From a virus: DNA of 64,000 nt. Location: IMG/VR virus record IMGVR_UViG_3300028394_000037; one strand, 5' to 3'. Numbering within the stretch: the stretch's first letter is position 1; every line of letters begins with the position of its first letter. Under the pieces are notes generated by a model that did no database searches, was not told the DNA's origin, and saw nothing but the letters and a program-made list of their open reading frames with translations. Shown in pieces: positions 36,809 through 45,890 of this stretch. The position numbers and the translations under genes were made by a program.

Positions 36809-37843
36809 TCAAGCAACAGTAAGTGTAGTTGTTCCAATACCAACATCAGAAGTTGTTCCTGAACCACCAATATTGCGAAGAAGAACATCACCAAACTGTG
36901 AGGTGAATGAACTAATTACACCAACAGCACTTGAACCATCAGTAATAACGCCAACAAATCCACTTGGAAGATCAATTTTCAGTTTTGTTGCATTCGTGCG
37001 AGTACTAAATGTAACTAAAAGTCCTTGAGTAATTGTTGATCCAATTGTGCTACCAGTTCCAATTTGAACAGAAGTAGTCCCAACAGCAACAACAGGAACA
37101 TTTGTAAGTTTACCTGCTACTGTAAGAGAACTTCCAATAGCAACACCTGCTACTGAATCAACAAAGATATTAGTTCCACCAATCGCAACAGTTTGTCCCG
37201 ATGTGGTTAATGTTGTTGAGATTGCAACGTTTGCAGAAAGGACTGTACTTGGTGCAGTAAATGCAAATGATACTCTGTTTGTAACTTGACCATTAAAGTT
37301 TGTAAACACATCTGGAGATCCGTGCAGAGCAGCCGTTGATGACCAGGCATATTGAGTGGATCCTGATGATGATGCAGTTGCAACGATTGCTGTGGATTCG
37401 TTTGCATTATTTGCATCAAAGGTACGAATTCTCATCGTTGCACCAGCACTTGCAAAAACAAGCTCATTGAATACAACGTGAATATACCCAGTAGTGTTGG
37501 TAGCAATACCAGTAGTTGCTCCACCACCGATGGCAATTCTTGAGGATCTATTTGGATCTTCAAAGAAGACCGCAACAGGACCAGCAGTACCGATACCAGT
37601 AGCACCAGCATCTCCAAGTGTTGAAGTACTGTTCAATCCAACAACTGGAACTAAAACTTCATCATAATAAGATGATGAAAGACCAGAATGTTCGCTAGTG
37701 CCATATCTTCTGTAAACCCATCCACGTACATCTGCAAAGCAATTCCAAGGAGTATTATTTCTATCATTCTCAGACAGATGTTTGGGAATAGCATAATTGT
37801 TTGCTGCGGTTTCAGTTGTTGTGGAAATGCCCCAGAGTGCCAT
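36809..37843 (-). CDS. Virion structural protein (MALWG-type, T/G/V/A-rich)
   Basis: MALWG N-terminus, GWV...Y.EVLV motif, beta-rich; TATAAATA at 37883-37876. Confidence 0.7.
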   Translation of the reverse strand: MALWGISTTTETAANNYAIPKHLSENDRNNTPWNCFADVRGWVYRRYGTSEHSGLSSSYYDEVLVPVVGLNSTSTLGDAGATGIGTAGPVAVFFEDPNRSSRIAIGGGATTGIATNTTGYIHVVFNELVFASAGATMRIRTFDANNANESTAIVATASSSGSTQYAWSSTAALHGSPDVFTNFNGQVTNRVSFAFTAPSTVLSANVAISTTLTTSGQTVAIGGTNIFVDSVAGVAIGSSLTVAGKLTNVPVVAVGTTSVQIGTGSTIGSTITQGLLVTFSTRTNATKLKIDLPSGFVGVITDGSSAVGVISSFTSQFGDVLLRNIGGSGTTSDVGIGTTTLTVA

Positions 37844-37899
37844 TCTTTTTACCTATAATTCGTTAATCTAAGAAGTATTTATAAAAAAATGAGACCTCG

Positions 37900-38067
37900 T
37901 TAATTAGAGGTCTCATTATTTTTTGAGAGAACTATTAAAATATTTCGTATAAACTGATATACAGTATTTGCCTTTATTTTTTTATTTTGTCCAAGATATT
38001 CAGAAAAGGAAAACAACAATCCAAGGATTACTGTTATTCCCCAATTTGCTACTAAACAACTAATCAC
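37900..38067 (-). CDS. Small membrane protein
   Basis: GTG start overlapping upstream stop; NWGITVILGLLFSFSEYLG..K.IKAN.VYQ. Confidence 0.5.
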   Translation of the reverse strand: MISCLVANWGITVILGLLFSFSEYLGQNKKIKANTVYQFIRNILIVLSKNNETSN

Positions 38068-38237
38068 TTGCAGTTCTTCAGAAGAGCTACTCTTACTGTT
38101 GAGGCAATTACATTATCAATATCGTTATCGGTTGTTGCGACATAACGATCAATCAAATCCACAACCAGTTTCTTTACCTGGCATGAATTCATAAACTGAA
38201 TCAAGATTGGTTTTAAAAGATTTACTACATTAGCCAT
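38064..38237 (-). CDS. Small hypothetical protein (57 aa)
   Basis: MANVVNLLKPIL...TTDNDIDN..; CTAAATA upstream. Confidence 0.65.
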   Translation of the reverse strand: MANVVNLLKPILIQFMNSCQVKKLVVDLIDRYVATTDNDIDNVIASTVRVALLKNCK

Positions 38238-38295
38238 TTTGAGAATCCTATTACAACAATATTATTTAGGGATTTTACCTAATTTTAATCATTTA

Positions 38296-39627
38296 TCAAC
38301 CACCTGTAGTTGTTCTTGTACTTCTCCTCATCTGATCAAGATAATATTGAGTATGAGGTCTTGCTTTACTAGTATCCCCTGCTTTTAATGCCTTGGCTGC
38401 TGGACCACTATCATTTCCCATCATAGCATCAGCAGCAGCAGCAGAGTACTCTCTAGACATTCCTCCCGTTTGCCCTCTGTGCTTAGGAGATCCAGCTTCT
38501 GCTGCTTGCGCTTCAAGTCTTTTTCTTAGATCAGTACTAGAAGGTGGTTTTTCCCCTTTTTTGTGAGTAAATCTTGCCCTATTTAAAGTGTCTCCAGTTT
38601 TAATACTACCAAGACCCTTTCCACCACTCATTTGATTGATAGCACCTTTGCTAATTGGTCTCCATCCTTCAATAATAGATTCTAACCAAGCATCACTCAT
38701 ATGCTCTACAATATTTTCTGCTGAATCAAAATTTTCAGCAAAACAATTATCAACCAAAGTTTCAATTACATAATCATAAATGTTTTCAGTTTCTTCCCTC
38801 ATTGCTTGCTTTCTTTTCCAAGCATAATAAATTTTTTCACCTTTTTCTGCTCCATACTCTTTCATCATTGCCTTTTTTGCTGAAGAAGTTTTCTTTCCAA
38901 GTGCTTCTTCCTTTCTTCTTTCCACAGAAGTCATATGTCTTTCATCAAGTTCATATTCTTCAGTATTAAGTGGAAGTTTTCCTTGCTTTAATGCATTGAT
39001 TTTAAATTGCTGTTGCTTTCTTACAAGATTTATTAATTCTTGTGGAGTTGGTTCTTGTTGAGTTGGTTCTTGTTGAGTTGGTTTTTTTGATTGGGAATCA
39101 ATTTCTTCCTTTCTTAAACTTTTAAGTATTTCATCAGGAGATTTTGTAATAGTATCAGATTTTTCACGGGGAATTTGTTTTCTTTTTGCTTGCAATTTCA
39201 AAAGTTTCTGTCTTCTTCTTCTGAGTTTTTCTTCTCTTTCATAATCTGTTTCTTCACCAATTTCAACCATTTCAATCAATTCACCACCCAATTCAGAGGC
39301 AATCTGAATCATCTCAGTATTCATCGTTGGATTGATTTCAACTATATTATTTACCTCTTTTTCTTTAATTTGTTTTTTATTTTGCTCATTATCAACTAAA
39401 TCAGCAATTTCAAATAAATCATCTCTCCAATTTGATAATGATTCTTTACGAGTTTTAATTACAGAACCTATTTTTCTACGACGATTTAAAAGATACTTAT
39501 CGGTCTTTGTATTTTTTTTACGATCATTATCAATGTCAGAATCTTCTTGTCCTACTGGATCAAGTTTTTCAGATACAATTTTTCCAAAATAAACCTTTGA
39601 AATATCGTTAAGAATATTATTAGACAT
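38296..39627 (-). CDS. Charged low-complexity protein, putative internal head protein
   Basis: Late promoter TATAAATA at 39668-39661; contains a diverged copy of the YD....L.D..FAE...AE.I..MS..W..SI module. Confidence 0.65.
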   Translation of the reverse strand: MSNNILNDISKVYFGKIVSEKLDPVGQEDSDIDNDRKKNTKTDKYLLNRRRKIGSVIKTRKESLSNWRDDLFEIADLVDNEQNKKQIKEKEVNNIVEINPTMNTEMIQIASELGGELIEMVEIGEETDYEREEKLRRRRQKLLKLQAKRKQIPREKSDTITKSPDEILKSLRKEEIDSQSKKPTQQEPTQQEPTPQELINLVRKQQQFKINALKQGKLPLNTEEYELDERHMTSVERRKEEALGKKTSSAKKAMMKEYGAEKGEKIYYAWKRKQAMREETENIYDYVIETLVDNCFAENFDSAENIVEHMSDAWLESIIEGWRPISKGAINQMSGGKGLGSIKTGDTLNRARFTHKKGEKPPSSTDLRKRLEAQAAEAGSPKHRGQTGGMSREYSAAAADAMMGNDSGPAAKALKAGDTSKARPHTQYYLDQMRRSTRTTTGG

Positions 39628-40915
39628 TAGAATAAATGCTTTTTTTTATTTTTCTATACTTATTTATAAATTCTTTGATAGCATAATATTTTGCACCAGA
39701 TTGTAAATTTTCTTTTCCAGTTTTAATTGCTCCTGGAGTTTGTTTTGCTGCGTATTTAGCTGCCCCAAGAGTTCCCGTTAAAGTATTTGGTTTACCAGGC
39801 TCTCTATACATACGGTTCATATTTTTTTCAGTATATTCATTCAAATCTTTAATCCAAGACTTAAACATAATATCATCTTCGGTAACACAAATTAAATAAT
39901 TAGTTCCTCTACGAATTACTTTTCCAGTCAATCCAGTATTCATATTTTCTACAATATCACCAATTTTAAAAATTTTATTTTGAACATAATTTTCTCTCAA
40001 ATTTTCATTATCCAATTTTGGAGCAATTTGCCACAAATTAAAATTTTCTTTTATTGAAATTTCCATTCCTTTACGAACATCATTAAATAATTTTTTCGTT
40101 TCTTTATCATCAAGTTTTTTAGGAACTCCTCTTCGGAAAGTTTCAAAATCATTTTCTGCTGCTGCCTTTCTCATTTTAGATGCCGACATTCCTGATGCAT
40201 TTTTATCAGAATCTGCTGTTCCTGCTGCAACTACATTGATTTGTGAAAAATTATATTCAGAACCATTATACTTATTTGCAAGATTTTTAATCTCTGCTTG
40301 ACGATCTGAACCAACAACAATATTTACATTTCCATACCCATCCTCAGAAGTTGCCCTCAATACATCAAAGATATTTTGCATATCCGGATTATTAATTATA
40401 TTTTCACCAAATTTAGGAAACATTTTTCTCATATATGAGATTTTTGTATTGGGATCCAATGGATTCTTTTTTGGATCTTGAATCCTAGATGGATAAATTT
40501 TCAATTCTCCACCAATAGAAATACGATCTGCAGTCTTAAAAAGTTTTTCGTGTCCTATTGTCGGTGGATTAAATCTTCCAAAAATAATTGTAGAGAATTC
40601 ATCATTTTGTTGTTGTTCTAGAGATTGCTGTTGTTGCTGTGGCAATTCAGATTGTATTTGTTGTGTTGGTAAATTAACTTGAGTTCCTGCGACTTGTTGA
40701 TTTGCTTTTGTTTTTGGACCATCTGGAATATCTCTTTTACCTACTCTTTCACCACGATTAAAAAATTCAAGTTCACCCCCAACAGTTTTAGCAACAAATT
40801 CTCCACGAGAATCATACCAATCCCCGTGCCCATCACCTTGCAATCCAAGTTTTTTGGCTTGTTCTGATGCTTTAGTTTTCTTTGCTTCTATTAAGAACTG
40901 AGAAAATCTCTTCAT
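39620..40915 (-). CDS. Cytidylyltransferase-like (HxGH) nucleotidyltransferase with CTS-like leader
   Basis: FGRFNPPTIGHEKL, VVGSDR, GMSASKMR; N-terminal MKRFSQFLIEA. Confidence 0.85.
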   Translation of the reverse strand: MKRFSQFLIEAKKTKASEQAKKLGLQGDGHGDWYDSRGEFVAKTVGGELEFFNRGERVGKRDIPDGPKTKANQQVAGTQVNLPTQQIQSELPQQQQQSLEQQQNDEFSTIIFGRFNPPTIGHEKLFKTADRISIGGELKIYPSRIQDPKKNPLDPNTKISYMRKMFPKFGENIINNPDMQNIFDVLRATSEDGYGNVNIVVGSDRQAEIKNLANKYNGSEYNFSQINVVAAGTADSDKNASGMSASKMRKAAAENDFETFRRGVPKKLDDKETKKLFNDVRKGMEISIKENFNLWQIAPKLDNENLRENYVQNKIFKIGDIVENMNTGLTGKVIRRGTNYLICVTEDDIMFKSWIKDLNEYTEKNMNRMYREPGKPNTLTGTLGAAKYAAKQTPGAIKTGKENLQSGAKYYAIKEFINKYRKIKKSIYSNV

Positions 40916-40939
40916 ACTATATTATTTTTTAAATATTTA

Positions 40940-42418
40940 TCAATATAGTTTTAAATGAAATGATGCACTAATCTTATTTGGTGCAATTTGGTTTGCCATA
41001 AGAATAGATCTTGCCTTATCATCTGCCTGATCTTGAGTTAAATTCTTTTGTCCAATTTTTTTAGATTTATTGTATATATTTTTTCCTATTCTTTCAATAA
41101 TTTTTTCAGAATCCTTTCTATTCAAAATCCCTTTACTTACAATTCCAGACCATAAATCCAAAATAATTTCATCTTGTTTTTTTTGATTTCCTGAATTTTG
41201 AATTGCAAAAGCAATTTCTAATTTATTTTGTGCATTTCTATAACTTCCAATATATGATGATAGTGTTTTATTTTTAACTGATGGATCTATATTTTTTGCC
41301 AACACATCCATATACTTTTCTGAATTTTTCTTTTTATCATCATAACTTTTACCAATCATTTCACCATTACTAACAATATCAGGTGATAATGATTTGTTAA
41401 ATACTTGACCACGAATAGATTGCATCTTTCTAATAGCACCAGAATTATACAAAATAATATTTGCACCACTCATACCCATTGATCCCCCAGCGGCAGTCTT
41501 AAATTGTGCTTCTTTTTCAACTTTAAGAGATGAACTAGCATTATTATATCTAATACTATCAGTTTCTCTCTTATAACTAATTTTTCCATTTTTTTCCAAT
41601 GTTAGTTGATCTACTTCAACAACATATTTGAGAGTTTCATCAACTTTATAATATGTTGATTCATTTTTTATAGAATTAGTTCTAGATTTAACTGATGGAG
41701 GATTTGGTAGAGGTATTTCTTTTGATGGAAAATTTACAAATCCAATTCGTGAAGAATATACACCTTTAGTTGATGTCGCTTTCTTAAGAGAAATTGGTGC
41801 TAATTTTTTTTGTTCATATAATTTATAAATTAATCTATTCAAACCTACAATATCATCTATAGCATATTTTTTTTGAACATCATTTGGCATATTTTGAAAT
41901 GCATTTCCCATAACAACAGATAATTTGATATATTCTTTTATTTTATCTACTGCAGACTGATCAAAGAACCAAACATCAGCAGGATTCCATCTATCAGATT
42001 TTACATTAATTTTAAATGTACCCATATACACTTTATTTAAAAAAATACCAATATTACTAATTTTATAAAAGTAATCTTGTCTACATATTTCTAATTTTTT
42101 AGTAAATGAAACTTTTGGATTTTTTAAAAAATTTTCATTTTGTGATTTTAATGCTCCGTGCCAATCATCAGTTACAAAAAATGTTTTAGCATTACCCAAT
42201 TTCCTATTAACTGTAATAACATCCGATTTTAAATTTGAAAATTCATCTAATATTCCAAGTTTTTCAAGAGATCCAGTCAATTTATCTTTACCAGAAAAGG
42301 CATCAATCCAAAAATCTGGAGTTACTTCAATACCTCTTAATGTAAAATTTTGAGATTTTTTTTGAATGACATAATATACAGTCCACATTGTCTCTAAAAC
42401 AGTTGCAGTTGCAGCCAT
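40940..42418 (-). CDS. Large basic protein, putative PD-(D/E)XK-like nuclease
   Basis: WNPADVW...PISLKK motif; very AT-rich; CTAAATA upstream of MAATAT start. Confidence 0.5.
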   Translation of the reverse strand: MAATATVLETMWTVYYVIQKKSQNFTLRGIEVTPDFWIDAFSGKDKLTGSLEKLGILDEFSNLKSDVITVNRKLGNAKTFFVTDDWHGALKSQNENFLKNPKVSFTKKLEICRQDYFYKISNIGIFLNKVYMGTFKINVKSDRWNPADVWFFDQSAVDKIKEYIKLSVVMGNAFQNMPNDVQKKYAIDDIVGLNRLIYKLYEQKKLAPISLKKATSTKGVYSSRIGFVNFPSKEIPLPNPPSVKSRTNSIKNESTYYKVDETLKYVVEVDQLTLEKNGKISYKRETDSIRYNNASSSLKVEKEAQFKTAAGGSMGMSGANIILYNSGAIRKMQSIRGQVFNKSLSPDIVSNGEMIGKSYDDKKKNSEKYMDVLAKNIDPSVKNKTLSSYIGSYRNAQNKLEIAFAIQNSGNQKKQDEIILDLWSGIVSKGILNRKDSEKIIERIGKNIYNKSKKIGQKNLTQDQADDKARSILMANQIAPNKISASFHLKLY

Positions 42419-42444
42419 ATTCTTTGCATCTTTCTTATATTTAG

Positions 42445-42478
42445 AAAAAAAAAGACCCCCCTTGTGAGGGGGGTCTCT
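42445..42478 (-). terminator. Intrinsic terminator
   Basis: AGACCCCCC/GGGGGGTCT hairpin + T-run. Confidence 0.8.
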
Positions 42479-42499
42479 GTACAAATTTGTAAATAGTTT

Positions 42500-43066
42500 T
42501 CAACCTAGAATAGAATTTCTCCAATTTTCACTCATATTCACCATAATTCTTTCTGCTGCTTCTACAGTTTCAGCATATCCTTCATCTAAAAGATGTGAAA
42601 GAATGAGGTCATAGAGGTCATAAGAGTTGTTTAGATTTTTTCTATTATTATAAACTGCTTTTACCGCATTAAATGAAACTCTATCCTTTTTCTTTTCATC
42701 ATCAGAGAGATTGGAATATGGAGTATTAGCAAGTACTGATCTTCTTTCTTTTTGTTCTGGAGTTTGATCGGCACTTGTTTTTGCTGTTCTTGCCCATCCT
42801 TGGTGAACTGCATCGGAACCTGCTTCGGTTGAAGTTCCACTACCACTTCTTTCACCTCTTCTGAGAGCACGAAGAGCAGCAGCAGCAGAAGAACGATTTG
42901 CTGCTCTACCAAAAGAATGTTTATCTCCAGTTGCTCTACCATATCCATATCTAGAATCTAATGCAGCATCAGATGCTTTTTCATAAGGACTATCTTCCTT
43001 TTCCATAATATTATTATAAACATCTAAATATGCTTCTTGAAGATTGCGTAATTCTTGTGAGTTCAT
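42500..43066 (-). CDS. Modular protein: leader + RyR-repeat-like domain + conserved C-terminal module
   Basis: AVHQGWA...PYSNLSDDEKKKDR; C-terminal DLYDLILSHLLDEGYAETVEAAERIMVNMSENWR; TATAAATA at 43094-43087. Confidence 0.7.
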   Translation of the reverse strand: MNSQELRNLQEAYLDVYNNIMEKEDSPYEKASDAALDSRYGYGRATGDKHSFGRAANRSSAAAALRALRRGERSGSGTSTEAGSDAVHQGWARTAKTSADQTPEQKERRSVLANTPYSNLSDDEKKKDRVSFNAVKAVYNNRKNLNNSYDLYDLILSHLLDEGYAETVEAAERIMVNMSENWRNSILG

Positions 43067-43659
43067 CTGTATGATTACTTTTTAGATATTTATAAAAAAA
43101 GACCCCTTGGAGAAGTCTTGGAAAAGTTTGGAAAGTGGTTTTACTAATAAGTTGACTATGGTTTTGAAAGAATTGGATCAACTTTAACATTTGAACCTGT
43201 TCTGTCATTTCTTCTTGCCGCTGCCTGATGGGCGTTACGTCTTTGAAAAAATTCTTTTGTAGGCGCTCCAGTATCTATGTCTCGTCTATCTCTTGCTCTT
43301 AATAATCCTGCTACTTTTTTATCAGAAATTTCATTAAGTTTTGAAAGAATTGGATCAACTTTAACATTTGAACCTGTTCTGTCATTTCTTCTTGCCGCTG
43401 CCTGATGGGCGTTACGTCTTTGAAAAAATTCTTTTGTAGGCGCTCCAGTATCTATGTCTCGTCTATCTCTTGCTCTTAATAATCCTGCTACTTTTTTATC
43501 AGAAATTTCATTAAGTTGCTCAAACTCTTCAAAAATACTTTCTCTCCAATCTTCGGACATATTCACCATAATTCTTTCTGCTGCTTCTACAGTTTCAGCA
43601 TATCCTTCATCTAAAAGATGTGAGAGGATGATGTCATAGAGGTCATAAGAGTTGTTTAG
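42533..43659. repeat. 102-bp dispersed direct repeat (42533-42634 and 43558-43659)
   Basis: catattcaccataattctttctgctgc...gagttgtttag with 3 mismatches; encodes the shared module. Confidence 0.92.
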
Positions 43660-44028
43660 TGCTCTTGTTATTCTAGTAACATTTGATTGAGTTCTGTCTC
43701 TATTATCCCCAATACCATAAGGAATATTGCTCATTATTCTACCATATCCACCTTTCTTAGGTTTTGGGACAGTAGTTCCTGGGTTTGCAATTTTATCATC
43801 TGGTTTTTCGAACTTCTTTGGTCCACCATATCCAGTTCCGTCTCCCTTTTCACCTGAAAGTGGTTTTGATGGAGGTAAAGGAGGAAGTTTTCTGGCTACA
43901 TAAGGTTCTACCCCAGGTGCTCTTGCTTCACCAAAAATCAATCCATTTTCTTCCATTGCATCACGAAGTTCTTCATCATATACTGCCTGATATGCAAGTA
44001 AAGACTCTACTAGAATTCTTGAATCCAT
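43156..44028 (-). CDS. Modular protein with shared module and duplicated C-terminal 59-aa unit
   Basis: Same LLDEGYAETVEAAERIMVNMSE module; TATAAATA at 44063-44056. Confidence 0.7.
   Translation of the reverse strand: MDSRILVESLLAYQAVYDEELRDAMEENGLIFGEARAPGVEPYVARKLPPLPPSKPLSGEKGDGTGYGGPKKFEKPDDKIANPGTTVPKPKKGGYGRIMSNIPYGIGDNRDRTQSNVTRITRALNNSYDLYDIILSHLLDEGYAETVEAAERIMVNMSEDWRESIFEEFEQLNEISDKKVAGLLRARDRRDIDTGAPTKEFFQRRNAHQAAARRNDRTGSNVKVDPILSKLNEISDKKVAGLLRARDRRDIDTGAPTKEFFQRRNAHQAAARRNDRTGSNVKVDPILSKP
43161..43517. repeat. 177-bp tandem duplication with no differences seen
   Basis: LNEISDKKVAGLL...KVDPILSK encoded twice; copies start at 43161 and 43338. Confidence 0.93.
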
Positions 44029-44103
44029 TTTACCTAGAATAGTATACTCTAAGTTTATTTATAAATAAAATAATTTTTCCATTATCTGGAAAAATATATA
44101 AAA

Positions 44104-44511
44104 TCACTTATCGTTAGGATCTCTATTTTCGGAGCGATAAACATCAAAAGCACCTTCGGGATAACGCTTACTGAGTTTTAAATAGTTACGTTCTAGAACT
44201 TCCTCAAAAGAAACATCAAGTGCCATACAGGCTTGTGCGGCATACCACATAATGTCACCAAGTTCAATTTTCAAATGTTCTATATTATCTTCATTATAAG
44301 GTTTTCCTTGAAGAAACATTTTCTTTACAATTTCAGTAAACTCACCTGCCTCTGCACTCATACCAAATGAAGCAGTAAGAAGACGAGGAACATCAGCATC
44401 AGCAAGTTCTAATTCAGTCAAACGAGCAAAAAGTGCTGCAAAATCAGTGCTTTCTTTACTTGTAGTTTGACGAACAAATTCAATATATTTTTGTGTATCT
44501 ATTTTAGACAT
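44104..44511 (-). CDS. mazG: MazG-like nucleotide pyrophosphohydrolase
   Basis: EAGEFTEIVKK, ELGDIMWY, N..KL..RYP. Confidence 0.92.
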   Translation of the reverse strand: MSKIDTQKYIEFVRQTTSKESTDFAALFARLTELELADADVPRLLTASFGMSAEAGEFTEIVKKMFLQGKPYNEDNIEHLKIELGDIMWYAAQACMALDVSFEEVLERNYLKLSKRYPEGAFDVYRSENRDPNDK

Positions 44512-45890
44512 TAGAATTTAAATCCCTCGAATGATTTTTTAGGTTTTTTTTCTTCTTCATAAGTATACTCTTCTTCCTTTCCATTGTCAATAATATCATC
44601 CTGTGCTTTTTGTTCACAATCATAAAGACGCATTTTAGCACGATCAATACCAACAACAAATCTTTTATTCATTGTTGGATCATTATATCTATTCTTCAGT
44701 TGTTTCACCATTATCTGTCCAAGTTGTTCCAACTCTTCAGTGCTAATAAGGGCAAACATAAGATCAGCAGTAGCAGGGAGACCAAAGGATTCAGAAGTAT
44801 CAGTAAGTTCAACATCAGAGTTACCATAACCACTACGAGTAGTCTGGGTAGCAGAAACAATTGGAACATTAAATTCAACTGCAAGACCTCTAAGTTCTTC
44901 AGCAATAGACTTGATATATGAATAAGAATTTGCAGAACCATTTGCTTTGTGCCTGGAGGAAGCACAAATATTAAGGTAGTCAATGAAAATAATATCAGGT
45001 CTAAATGATTTCTTAAGAGCAAGTTCATTCAAAAGTGCCTTAAAATGTCCAGAGTGTGCCGAAGCAGTTGGATATTCTTTAATAATAAAAGTTCCTTGTG
45101 TTTTCTTTGCAATACTATTTACCTTAGATTCAAACATAGACCTTGGCAAATCAGTAATATCTTTAATATTAACATTTAATAAATTTGCGTCAATTCGCTC
45201 AGCAATTTTCTCCTCTGCCATTTCAAGAGTGATGTAGAGAACGTTGCGCCCTTGCAATAAGACGGAACTAGCAACGTGGCACATAAAGAGACTCTTTCCG
45301 ACACCTGTACCAGCAAGAGCGATATTGAGAGTCTTAGTAGGTAAACCACCTTTAGTAATTTTGTTGAAATATTCAAGGTCAAATTCAATCTTTTGCTCCT
45401 TTTTATGGTAAGATTCATAACGTTTTTCATAGTCTAACAGATAGTCGTGTCCGATTGCAGTATCAAAAGATACTGCTAGGGCATCAGATAAGATTGATGG
45501 AATGCTATCACGATTTTTCTTTTCGTCTTTACCATCAGCAATATGAATAGATTCCATTAGAGCCAAATAAATGGCACGGTCACGACACCACTTTTCGGTA
45601 GTATCAACTAACCAATCAAATTCTATAGGAACATCATCAAGACATTCAATTAATTGTAAGACTTGTTTAAAACTATCTTCATTAATATCTTTAGATTTCT
45701 CAACTTCAATACAAAGAACTTCTTTTGTAGCAAGTTGATTATACTTTTGAACAAAATTTAAAATTTCCTGAAATACAATTTTTTGATTCGTGTCTTCAAA
45801 ATATTCTGGTTTAACGAAAGGAATAACCTTTCTTGTATATTGTTCATTATGTAAAAAATTTCTTAGAATCAAAAATTCAACTTTATCCAT
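44511..45890 (-). CDS. gp41: Replicative DNA helicase gp41
   Basis: AGTGVGKS, ITLEMAE, IDYLNI, SATQTTR, KQLKNRY. Confidence 0.96.
   Translation of the reverse strand: MDKVEFLILRNFLHNEQYTRKVIPFVKPEYFEDTNQKIVFQEILNFVQKYNQLATKEVLCIEVEKSKDINEDSFKQVLQLIECLDDVPIEFDWLVDTTEKWCRDRAIYLALMESIHIADGKDEKKNRDSIPSILSDALAVSFDTAIGHDYLLDYEKRYESYHKKEQKIEFDLEYFNKITKGGLPTKTLNIALAGTGVGKSLFMCHVASSVLLQGRNVLYITLEMAEEKIAERIDANLLNVNIKDITDLPRSMFESKVNSIAKKTQGTFIIKEYPTASAHSGHFKALLNELALKKSFRPDIIFIDYLNICASSRHKANGSANSYSYIKSIAEELRGLAVEFNVPIVSATQTTRSGYGNSDVELTDTSESFGLPATADLMFALISTEELEQLGQIMVKQLKNRYNDPTMNKRFVVGIDRAKMRLYDCEQKAQDDIIDNGKEEEYTYEEEKKPKKSFEGFKF

Noticed and set aside
39040-39085. 15-bp tandem repeat encoding QQEPT
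   Set aside because: Ordinary low-complexity linker expansion.
42533-43659. Diversity-generating retroelement TR/VR pair
   Set aside because: No reverse transcriptase in the window, both copies are coding, and there are only 3 mismatches.
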